Of a DNA stretch of 64,000 bases, positions 39,600 to 51,655 are shown piece by piece. Below the pieces are notes generated by a model. The model saw nothing but the letters and a program-made list of their open reading frames with translations, had not been told where the DNA came from and ran no database searches. Source of the stretch: Octopus sinensis (Eukaryota); assembly GCF_006345805.1 (NCBI RefSeq), contig NC_043005.1, positions 54,932,001 through 54,996,000 of the forward strand. Direction: 5' to 3'. The stretch's first letter is position 1; every line of letters begins with the position of its first letter. Both the position numbers and the translations under genes were made by a program.

Positions 39600-39835
39600 C
39601 TTCTTTTACTTGTTTTGATCATCTGACTACGGCCCTGCTGGAGCATTGCCTTAATGGGTTTTTTTAGTTGAAATAATTGACCCCCAGGTCTTATTCTTTG
39701 TAAGCCTAGTGCTTATTCTAAGCCTCCATTAAGTTATGGAGATGTAAACACACCAACATCGGTTGTCAAGTGATGGTGGGTGGACACAGACACAAAGACA
39801 TAAATGCATGCATATATATATATACATATATATAT

Positions 39836-39872
<37 letters not shown>

Positions 39873-40040
39873 CACTCACATGATGGACTTCTTCCAGTTT
39901 CTGTCTACCAAATCTACTCACAAGGCTTCAGTCAGCCTGAGGCTATAGAAGAAGATACTTGCTCAAGGTGCCATGCAATGAGAGTGAACCCGGAACCATG
40001 TGGTTGAGAAGCAAGCTTCTTACCAAACAGCCATACCTGA
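39600..40040 (-). mobile_element. SINE family A
   Basis: Reverse-complement tail, TA tract and head. Confidence 0.85.
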
Positions 40041-40316
40041 GTATATACATGCATACACACTAGTTTCGATGTCTGTGTTTCCTTGTCTTCAGGTCACATG
40101 AGAGTTCTAAATGGGTGTCACTGTTATACCTGGCAATCACCTTCCTTTGACATCATCTGTGTAAATTTGAAATGTGTCCAACAATGGTGAAATATTACCT
40201 GGGAATCAGGTGTCTATTGGTGTCAGGACGGGTATATACCTGTAGAAAACTTGCATCAGTGAACTTTGTCTAACTCACAAAGGTATGGAAAGGTTGACAT
40301 TAAAAGTGTGTTCTTA

Positions 40317-40350
<34 letters not shown>

Positions 40351-40429
40351 TCTACCTGCATTTGTATATGTGTGCATGTATATGTTTATCTTTTGTGTAT
40401 ATATACTTGTATGTATATATATGTGTGTG

Positions 40430-41240
40430 TTTCTTGAAATACTAAAGAGTAAATTTATTCAATAAAATCACCATTGGCTTCAACCAAGGCCTCCAGACAA
40501 CTTTGGAATATCCTGTAACTCTTCTGGATGGTCTCCTTGTTTAAGTTGGTGAATGCTGCCATAATCTTTGACTTCAGTTCATCTTTGGTGTTACAAGGAG
40601 TTTTGTTGGTCTCTCACTCAACTGCACTCTACATATAATCAAAGGGGTTGCAGTGTGGGGAGTTAGGTGGCCAAATGTTAGGGGTGGTGCGGTTGCAGAA
40701 ATTGTCTGACAGCCATGACTGGGTTCTCTTGCTTGTGTGGCATGGTGCAGAGTTCTGTTGCCAAACATAGGGTCTTTCAGCAGCCGCCTTCTTAACCCAG
40801 AACAGCACTACCTCCTCCAAGCACTTGATGTAGGCCTCCGTGTTGAGTCTGAGGCCATATGGGGAGGTGAATGGAGGTATAACATTGCTATCACTAGTGA
40901 TCACTCCAAACACCATGATGTTGACTGGATGTTTGATTTTTATCACTCCCAGTACATGTCTTCAGATTACTCTGTGCTCAGATTGACCCCCAAACCCTGA
41001 AATGTTTTGAGCTCCCAGCATGTATTGGAGCTCCCAGTGTGTATTGGTGCTCCTGCTGTGAATGCTAAGCAGTACAGCATGACGTTTCCAAATTTCTGGC
41101 AAAGTGAACTGTCATGGTACTGTTTTTCTCACAAATGGTGACCAACTGACCCTACTATACTGTTGAGAAAATCAACAACAAACAATGCACATTTGCAAAA
41201 TTAATAATATAATATAGTGACAATTTACCCATTGTATCCT
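40430..41240 (-). mobile_element. Second internally deleted DD37D mariner, opposite orientation
   Basis: ORF 40629-40946: KHPVNIMVFGVITSD...WQQNSAPCHTS...WPPNSPHCNPFDYM. The 5' end matches 37732-37890. Confidence 0.9.
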
Positions 41241-41664
41241 CTTTGTGCGCACGCACGCACGCGCGTGTGTATGTGTATGTGTGTATGTGCTTACATACAC
41301 ACACTTATAAATTCACATGTACTCCCATCCACATATGCATGTGCAAGCACTCACACGCTAATGCACATAGCTATAGCATAGATGCATATATATGGAAAAA
41401 GACATATGTGCATTCATTTCTGGGTCTGCTTACTTGAGGCACTTCTAGAACTTCTGTAAGTTCCATTACCATCATCAGTCCGTTGTTAAAATGTAATAAC
41501 CGCTTAATCAAACTCATTCAATTGATACATATTTATTAATGTTGGAATTTGCCTCTAGCAAATATAATATATCACTATACGTCTGTACATGTTGCTACAT
41601 TGAATCTCTGTATGTATTTATGTTTGTAAATAATATATATCTTGTGTTTGCATTTTCATGTATA

Positions 41665-41726
<62 letters not shown>

Positions 41727-42659
41727 TGTATATATATATATATATACATACATGTATGTAAATTACATTATGAATTATTCATAAGCACCACCTGATTTTA
41801 TATACACACAAATGAACATGTGTACGTATATACACACAGCCACACACACACACACTCATTACTGCAAGTAAAATAGATTCAATAGGTTATTGTATAAAAC
41901 TACGTTTACAATTTTTGAAAAACATTACAGAATAATTGTAACATTACAATTCCTTCATTGTTGCTTTTATTTTTTGATATTTATTTCAATTGTCACAATT
42001 TATTCTAACAGCTGAATTAAAAATGTCTTAAATTCCGTGAAATAATTCATTGAAGTTGCCTGTAAGTTTTTAAATAGCTTTGTGATCCTCTTATAGTATA
42101 ATTTGAAATTAGATAGCTGGTTTTAATAGGCATTTAAAATCATACTATCTTGTGGAATATCTTTCGTTGCTTGCACATTTAAAGTTTTTGTTAAAAAAAA
42201 AAAAAGGCAATGCTTTGTACTTTTTTCATTGTTAGTTATAAATTTGTTAATCATGTAAAAAATGCATAGAAATATGTGAAAATGTTTTTGTGGATGTCAT
42301 CGTAGGAAATAATAAGAGAGTTTACAATTTAATAAAATAAATTTGCAGTATGCTTTTCATTTTATTTGTTTCTTTTCATCAAATCCTAGAATGATTTGAA
42401 ATCTGATATTTGCTATCAAAAAATTGAAAAAAAAAAATCTGTTGTGCTCTGTTGCAGCAAATATCTGCAGATCTACTGCAGTATCATCCCTTAATCCTTT
42501 AACATTTAAACCGGCATATCCAGCCCCGATATTCTATCTGAATAGCTATGAGATTATGCATGATTTATTTATTCAAGACAGGGTGTGTTAATGAGCATTA
42601 TATATGACAGAATAATCTGACTGCTAAAATGTGATATAACACTACTGATAATAATAATG

Positions 42660-43030
42660 GTTTCTGACCTAGGCACAAAGCCAGCAAAGGGAGTTAGTCA
42701 ACACCCAATACTTGACAGGTATTCAATTTTATTGACCCCACTGAGATGAAAAATAAAGTTGACATCAACAGGATTTGAACTCAGACTGTAAAATGTGAGA
42801 AATACAACACCACCATCATCTTTTGTGACATTCTAACAATTGTGCCATTCCACCATCTGTGGTAATGTTTTCTACTATAGCCACAAGGAAATTTTGGGAG
42901 AGTGGGGTTTGTTGATTACATTGACCCCAGTACCTGACTGGTACGTATTTTGTTGACACCAAAAGGGTGAAATTTAAAGTTGATCTTGGAGGAATTTGAA
43001 CTTGAAATGTAAAGCTGGAAGAAATGCCTA
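42660..43030 (-). mobile_element. Two diverged SINE family B copies
   Basis: Two ttgacccc...aaagttgac...atttgaact cores. Confidence 0.7.
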
Positions 43031-43039
43031 TAAGTATTT

Positions 43040-43363
43040 TCTCATAAGACTATGGCCATCCTGCGGCACTATCTTGAATTTTTAGTCGCACTGCTAAGTT
43101 ACAGGGAAATAAATAGTAAATACCAACACTAGTTGTCAAGTGGTAGTGGAAGACAAAGACAAACACATTAACACACACAACCACACATATATATATATAT
43201 GACGGGTTTCTTTCAGTTTCCATCTACCAAATCCACTCACAAGGCTTTGGTTGGCCCAAGGCTATAGTAGAAGACTATTACCCTAGGTGACATGCAGTGG
43301 GACTGAGCCTGGAAGCATAAGGTTGGGTACCAAGCTTCTTAACACATCACTATGCCTGTGTCT

Positions 43364-43423
<60 letters not shown>

Positions 43424-43460
43424 ATGATGATGATATATATACACATGCACTCACACACTC

Positions 43461-43493
<33 letters not shown>

Positions 43494-43765
43494 CACACAT
43501 ACATATATACATGTAGATGTGTGTGTATGTGTGTATATATCATCATCATTTAATGTCTGTTATCCATGCTAGCATGTATATATATATATACACACACATA
43601 CACACAATAGGCTTCTTTCAGTTTCTGTCTACCAAATCCACTCACAAGGCTTTGGTTGGTCCAAACCTATTGTAGAAGACATTTGCTCAAAGTGCTAGGC
43701 ATTGAAACTGAACCCAGAACCATGTGATTGGGAATCAAGGTTCTTATCGCACAGCCATACTTACC
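43040..43765 (-). mobile_element. Two SINE family A copies separated by microsatellites
   Basis: tttctttcagtttc..tctaccaaatccactcacaaggctttggttgg at 43207 and 43612. Confidence 0.85.
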
Positions 43766-44099
43766 CCTATGCTAATGATCCTGCTAGTTCACTACCTTTC
43801 TCCCTTTGCTCTTAATAATAAAAATAATGATTTTTTAGATTTTATTTTAAATGGGTGCTTAGACAATTTTTGTGGAATGGCTGATTGAGTTTAATCAGTT
43901 GCAGACCTCTAAATGGAATTTATTTTATCGAAATTCAGGGAATGCATTAGACCACTTACTGTAGAACATATATAGTCAGTTTCCTGTTCATATTAAATGT
44001 AAATTTATTCTTGTAGTTATTAAGAAAAAAAAAAAAGATTTATTAACTACATGTGAAGTCACGTTTTATATTATAAAATTAATGATAATAATGATAATC

Positions 44100-44292
44100 C
44101 TTTCTACTATAGGCACAAGGTCTGAAATTTTGGGGGAGAGGATAAGTCGCTTACATTGACCCCAGTGTATAACTGGTATTTATTTCATCAACCCTGAAAG
44201 GATGAAAGGCAAAGTTGACCTCGGCGGAATTTGAACTCAGAATGTAAAGATGGACAAAATGCTGCTTAGCATTTTGCCCGGCATGCTAACGA
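44100..44292 (-). mobile_element. SINE family B
   Basis: ctttctactataggcacaagg...ccctgaaaggatgaaaggcaaagttgacctcggcggaatttgaactcag...gccagctcaccacctta. Confidence 0.9.
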
Positions 44293-44452
44293 TTCTGCCA
44301 GCTCACCACCTTATTATAAATAATAATAATAATAATAATAATAATAATTATAAGAAGAAGGAGAAGATGATGATGATGAAGAAAAGATAAAAGAATGACT
44401 TCTAATTTAGGCCCAGGCCTAGCAATTTTGAGGAGAAATATTAGATTTAAAC

Positions 44453-44683
44453 CAATGATTCTCAGTTGTTTTTGCCTTTGGTTCCCTTTTCCCCTATTTT
44501 GCTCAGGAGGTCCCTCCTAGCCATTCAATGTTTAAAAAAGATTATACTTTATTTTTATTAAATATATTTACAAATTGAAAAAAAAAATTATTAAAACATT
44601 TTGTGGATTGTAGAAATATAATCAATTTATTGCATATTATATGGACCCCCAAGGGCCATATGAACTCTGGTTGAGAATATCTG
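44453..44683. mobile_element. hAT (Charlie-like) MITE
   Basis: Ends caatgattctca / ggttgagaatatctg resemble CAGTGGTTCTCAACC TIRs, flanked by the similar 8-mers atttaaac and gtttaaag. Confidence 0.6.
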
Positions 44684-45104
44684 GTTTAAAGCATCAACTT
44701 CATTATATATTTAACTGGTAGTTTATTTTATCAACCATGGAAGAATGAAAGATAAAATGACCTTGGTAGGATTTGAACTCTGAACATAGAGAAGAAATCC
44801 CCACTAATGATCCTGTCAATCTACTATCCAAATTATTAAGTTATAACATAAAAAAATCTTATTTAGGGAGAGATTTCTTTCAAGTTCATACTTTCATAAG
44901 GTTGTTAACAATTTCAGGTTAAGTCATTTTATTACAATAATTACGATTTTATATGCTAATAAATACTTGATTTTTATGTCATTTTACTATCTCTGTATTT
45001 AGGCTGTACCTATTACTGTATGTGTGTCAGTGAAATTTTACAATTTTTACAAATTGTATGCAGAGATATTTTGTTTGAAATGTAGTAATTTAATGTATTA
45101 AACG

Positions 45105-45460
45105 CAGGCATGATTTTGTGATAAGAAGTTTTCTTTCCGACCACTAGGTTCCAATTTGTGGCACCTTGGGCAAGTGTCTTTTACTATAGCTATGGGCCAA
45201 CCAAAGCCTTCTGAGTGGATTTGGTAGAAAGGTACTGAAAGAAGCTCGTCATGTATGTGTGTGTGTATGTGTGTGTTTGTGTGTGTGTTTGTTTGTCCCC
45301 CACCACTGCTTGACAATTGGTGGTGGCTTGTTTATATCTCCACAACTTAGCAATCTGGCAGAAGAGACTGATAGAATAAGTACCAGGCTTAAAAAAAAAT
45401 AAGTGGTGCCCCAGCATGGCCACAGACCAGTCACTGAAACAAGTAAAAGGTAAAGAAAAG
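45105..45460 (+). mobile_element. SINE family A
   Basis: Head, TG tract and shortened tail. Confidence 0.85.
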
Positions 45461-48277
45461 ATTTTAAAAATCAGAAGGATGTAATCTACTCACTTTTACC
45501 TTTGAAATGCAACATTTTATAAAGATAAAACAAAACAAAGCAAAAAATAAAAATAAAAAATATTTAGTTTACGCTATACTATTAAAAAACTAAACAAAAA
45601 CTAGCTGAAACTATTTATTTATGAAGCAGTCTCTTCCGTGCCTAAGAGGAATCAGACATAACAATACATTAGAAATAGTGTGATTAAAGAAATAGCAACA
45701 GATGTATTTCTTACACATCGCTAATATGTCATTGTCTTCTGTCCTTGTTATTTTGTTTCGTTTGAAAATTTATCATCATTGAAAACTTGAATAATTCTGA
45801 TGCGATTGATTCTATTTCACCTGAAAATGGTTAATTAAATCTTCAACTTGTATTTAGTAAATTTGTTTCTGATGATGTGTTTAGTTTCCATTAAAAAAAT
45901 AATATACAAATGTAAAATTTCTATATCTTAACAAATCCTGTCCTTTTCTTTCGGTTTATGAGCTTGGCAGTTTTAATGTTAACCAACTTGTCATTTAAAA
46001 TGAATAAAAGGGAATTTATGGTTGTTATATTTTTATCATTTTTAAAAATAATATTTTATTGTTATTTTTCCAGTAATTAAGAGTGTTTATTTGAGTTTAG
46101 CCAATTAGTTTCTACTATGAAAGCTTATGAAAATTTTTTTTTGGCTGTGTATATAAGTTGCTACAGATGAAAGAAGAAGCTAATTATTAACTTAATAATA
46201 CCAGCTGTAGATTTTACTAGAACTTTAAACATGTACAAATTAACAGGAATTTTGTATAATTTATCTAAATTTCAAAAAGAAAATGACTAGCTGTCTTTTG
46301 TCTTTTGAAAAGAAAACTTAAATAAAAAAAAACCCCAGTAAATAAAGTTGTGATGATTTTAAATACTGTCTCGCCTATTTTGCTGTTTATTTGTTTTGTA
46401 AATATTATTTTAATTGAAACTGTTTTAAGATGATGAATTTGGAAAAGAGCACTTGTCCTTCCCTATTAATTATTTATCATTTCAATTTCATCCCAACTTA
46501 TTGCTTGTAAGACATCGCACTATGCTTCACAAATTATTCTATACCTCATTTAAATTGAAGCTTTTAGCCCTTTTGACAGCACTCCTCTAAGGCTGTCTGA
46601 TTGCCTTAGATTTTATAATGCAAAACCTCCAGTTTTAAAGTGTTAATAGTCAAGTAAAAACCTTCAATCATAGCACTAAGAACTGGTTGCTGTGATTGAA
46701 ATCTTATCTTAATTAAATAAAAGTTATTTAGCTAAACCCTTCTGTATTCAAGTTTATATAATCATTAAATTAAATATAATACACAGCAGGTAGTATACTT
46801 TGTTTGAAATATGATCACCAGAGCATTTTAAGTTTACATAAGAAAGCGTACACGCACACACATACACATCTGCAAGAGAACATTGCTGATAAGTATGTTT
46901 TGATTGATGTATTGATACTGCTTCTACTGCTGCTTACTTATACATTGTTGCTGTAGTCTCCTCTAGAACATATACAATCTAAGCATGACTTCATGAAACA
47001 CTTATAAAAAAAAGGAAAAAAGAAAAAAAAAAGGATAGAAAGACTATTGAAATGCTTCATATGTTTATGTAAAAATTCATATTCTTTCATTTGTCCCGAA
47101 TGTATTCAGTGTTATATCGTCTAATACAAACTGGAATATTAAGGTTTGTTATATTAATGTTACAGCTGTCTCATGAAATACTGTTTTTAGTCTCAATGAA
47201 TGATTGAGGAAGATAAAACATAAAAATTATAGATTTCTTATACATTCTATGGTGTGCCTGCCTAAACATTAATTTTTTTCCTCTACGTTCTTTACCTTTA
47301 AAATAGTAATTGCAGATTTTTTGAAACATGTTGTGAAAGTATTAATTTTAATTAGCTTTATTTTTTTTAATTATAATTTTAATAAGCTTTCTAACTTTAT
47401 CATATGTAACATGATAACATGGCTCTTTAATATTACAAACAAAATACTTCAAAATTATTTTCAACACCAAATCATTGATGTATTTTTTTTATTATTATTC
47501 ATTAACCTGTGAATGACAGTTTTGTTTTTCTTTCTTTTTTAAAGATCTGTAATTCTGTTTAAAAATTGAATTATGTACAGTCTTAGATATCTTATTGATC
47601 TTGTTAAAGTTACTAGAAGCTTTGAGAGAAGAAGAAAAGGAAAACAAAAACAAAAAACAATCATCCAAGACAGTAATGACTTTGAATGATTTAAGCAAAA
47701 ATAGTGTGTAAATGATACAGAACTTTAGCAGTTTGCTGTACATTTGCTGTGTTGTTTTAATTATTTCTAATCATTCACCTCAAAATGCACAGAAATTGCA
47801 AGGTATATATAGCAGACTGAACTTAGTTTAATTAATATTCCCTGGCAGTTCCACGTTAACGAATCTACCTAAGGCTACTTTCACAGAGTCCTTTTGTCTG
47901 AAGATTATTACGACATTTACTTAATATCATAACTACAACATCAAGGAATAGCTTTCAGGTATTGACAGAGAGGGTGTGAAAAGACAAAAAAAAATGTAAA
48001 TTTGTCTTATTTTCAAATTATAGCATAGTTGGCTTTACTCACATCATTAGTTTGAGAGGAAGAATTTACTTCGCTTTGATTGCATCTGGCCTCACCTTAA
48101 ATATAACATTGCTATTTTTTTTTTAATACATTTCTTTCTCTCCTCTACTCAAGTTTGATGTCTCTTTCAAAATCATCTCCTAGTAGTCTACACATCCAGT
48201 TCTTTGTTCTGAGGAATATGGAACTCTCTCTATTTCTGCTTAAACATGTTGCTTAAATATCATGAAATGATTTAAAT

Positions 48278-48389
<112 letters not shown>

Positions 48390-50290
48390 ATATTAAAAAC
48401 ATGTAACTTTCTACATTTATATATTATTCCTTTCAAAGAAAGTCTTAGTTGTGAAAGGGATATTCCAGACATCTGTGGTTTTTAAGTTTTGCTCCAAAGT
48501 AAGTAAATGCAAGTCTGTGTCAGTATGTGTATATATGCATGTGTGTATATCTGTGTATCTTTGTGTGTCTGTATGTATGTGGTTCTCTGTTTGTGTATGT
48601 GTGTGTGTGCTTTTGTGTATCTGTGTTTGGATGTCTCTGTGTATGTATGTGTATGTATGTGTGTGTGCGATGTAATTTCTTTAAGTTTTTTATCTCTGTC
48701 ATTCCATAATTTTATGAACCAAACAACTTAAATACTGAAAGCATTTCAAGACAGTGATCAAAATAGTTATTTCATTTGCCTAAAATGAACAAAATTTTTC
48801 ATGAAGGCAAAGTTTTTTGATTCAGGAAATAAATTCATATTTCAAAATCTATTATTCTTTCTATAAAACTATCAAATATTGTAATCAGCAAAGAGTTTAA
48901 AGTCCTTTGTTGATTACATTTATTTACTTCCTTCTAAATTAACAATTTCATGCATACATTTAGACTATTTTTCTGCATTGGTATGAATCATTTGGAAAAT
49001 TATTCATTAAAGTGAAAGTTTCAGAGAAGTGGCTGTTGAAAAAAAAAACCTTTTCTATTTGGAAAATAGAAAGTGAATCCTTACTTTCAGAAATATTTTC
49101 TGAGAACAGGAGCTGTTTTAACAAGTTATATATTTATTTGTGTGAAGGTAAAACCATAGCTATGACATTAATGAAAACAGTTCTTTTGATTTCAGTGTGT
49201 TAAATATTCATTTTACTTTGCAGTGTATTTTTCTTTAAATTTAATATCTTTACAGTGTGAAATATATTTTGATCAGAACACACACATGCAGACTAAAACA
49301 ATTCTATTTAAAATACTTATAGATATTTTATACATAGTTTTGATTTTATAGATAAAGGCCAACTAGAAATAGAAAGGAAATTGTATTAATAAGTGTTCTA
49401 TTTATACACCATTTTAATAGAAATACCTTGAAAAGTTTATTGATCATGACATAGGGGTTAAAATCATTATTGTTGTTGTAACAATTACTAAAATCTGCTC
49501 CAAGTTTCTATTAACTTCTTTTTTTTTTCTTTTTTAATGTTGATAAATTTTTATTGTTATTCTTGTGGTAGTATTGCTAATATTTCGGGTGCAGGCTTTT
49601 TTTTTTTTGAGGATTTTATCTGTCTATTTGTTGTTGAAGAATTCATGGTGGCTGCTCTTCATAGATTATATAGTTTTGTCATGAATTAATTTTAATCCAC
49701 TTGAATAATATGATAAAGAATTGAAATAATTTAGTTGATAAATTTTATGTGGAATTATTTTGCTCTACTTCATTAATCTTTGAATTTGAAATCCAAGATG
49801 TTTCTAGTTTAAAAAAAAAAAGGTAAAATTTATAGTTGTAATTTAAATGGATAAAATGTAAATGTGACTTTATTTTTATTTTATTGCAAGAAAACTACTT
49901 TCCATAGGATTATTTTTGTTTTCCTTTTCTACTTGCAATAATTTTAGATATTCAAGATATTACATCAATCAGCTACCATAAAGCTTTTGACATCTGTATC
50001 TAGTAGTTGCACTTTGCGAGGCTTCATCAGTCATTTTACTTATGTCTTTAAACACCTTTGTGTCCTGTTAAAATTTATATTAATTGTTTTGCACTTTAGA
50101 ACCATACCAGATGCATCAAGTCATTTTGTAAATTCTTCCTCATCACTTTACAAGTTTCCTACACTGATATGAGTTAGAAGTATCTTCTGAACAAGTTCTC
50201 CCTATTCACTCTTAACCATTTTCATTTCGACAAAATGATCCAATTTAACTGCAACATTTAAAATTTCTCCATGGTCTAACTCTAATTTAC

Positions 50291-50395
50291 CTTTCCATGT
50301 TCAACTTTCTGCACTTTTTCCACTCGATATATAACATTCTTTTGAAAGTTTTGCAATAATTAAGATACATACCAATATGTCCCTCAATATCTGCA
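50291..50395 (-). CDS. Candidate 105-nt exon (phase 2-2); an alternative donor gives 23 nt (50373-50395)
   Basis: Very long polypyrimidine tract ending tttttttcag. Open frame ADIEGHIGMYLNYCKTFKRMLYIEWKKCRKLNMER, donors gtaaat or gtatgt. Protein not recognised. Confidence 0.3.
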
Positions 50396-51291
50396 CTGAA
50401 AAAAAAAGTACAAATAAAAAAAAAGGGAAATAGAAACAAAAAAAAAGAAGAGAAATTGATTAAAATCTAGAGATGCTTTAAAAATCAATTTCCCATTAGA
50501 ATAAAATTTCAATATTTCGTTTTTTTAAAAAAAAGTAAATTTCATTCGCTAATTTTAAATATAAAGTTAAGTGTTCTCCTTAATTTTAAAGTGATATTTT
50601 ATATTCATTTTTGTCAGAAAGAAAATTTAAAGATTAATAATAAACATACATTGCATTCAATAGAGGCTTACTAATTTTAATATTTGGTATCCTTATGAAG
50701 TAGAAGAACTCAGGCACAACAATATTTATATGCTAACAAAATCACTACATTTTTTTTTATAGGCATCTCATTATTTTAAATTATTTATCATACAGCTTGA
50801 AGTCAGGTAGTTTACGATCGTTATAGTTTTCTGTTAGGCTGGCCGTTAGATATAAAGTTTGTTTGTTTCTCATTTGTCTTAAATTTCATTTATGTATAAT
50901 TTTAATAAAAGACTTTTATTACTGCTACTACTACTAATATTATTATCACTACTACTGTTGCTACTCTGTGAAATGCAAAAGAATGTTGCTGTTGTATCTC
51001 TAAAACGTTCACTTTGATGAATGAACTTTTCAGAGCATTTAATGTGCAGACTATAGTTACACATGTGCACACACATGCACATACGCACACACACACACGC
51101 ATGTGCTTATATATTATACACAAACACGCATACAGTTAAAAAATGAGCTTATCGAACATAAATAATAATGATGTTGATACTGAAGCATATTGCAAACCTG
51201 TAAATGTTTCCGAGTCTAAGTACTGTGATGATTTTATACATAGAAAAACAAAAGCATATATGTGTGTGTGTATATATATATATTTATAGAT

Positions 51292-51329
<38 letters not shown>

Positions 51330-51344
51330 ATTTTAGTTGCACAA

Positions 51345-51655
51345 ATTGACCTCAGAACTTTTTTTTTAAAGCCTAGTATTTCTTTTATCACTCTCTTTTG
51401 CTGAACTGCTGAGTTACGGGGATGTAAATACACCAAAATTGGTTGTCAAGCGGTAATGGGGGGACAAACGCAGACACAAAGACACACATATAAATATATA
51501 CATATATACGATGGGCTTCTTTCAGTTTCCATCTACCAGATCAGCTAACAAGGCTTTGGCTAGTCCAAGGCTATAGTTGGAGACACTTGCCCAAGGTGCC
51601 ACACGGTGGGACTGAACCCAGAACCATGTGGTTTGGAAGTAAGCTTCTTACCATA
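51345..51655 (-). mobile_element. SINE family A (the only SINE inside the TE-poor zone)
   Basis: Reverse-complement tail and head. Confidence 0.85.

Noticed and set aside
41434-41517. Minus-strand ORF MSLIKRLLHFNNGLMMVMELTEVLEVPQ ending at a gtaag donor
   Set aside because: No in-frame acceptor or promoter evidence and no recognisable homology. It remains possible but unsupported.
46938-47007. Overlapping exon candidates on both strands (SPLEHIQSKHDFMKHL* on +, CFMKSCLDCICSRGDYSNNV* on -)
   Set aside because: They are mutually competing, short and stop-containing, and cannot be distinguished from chance.
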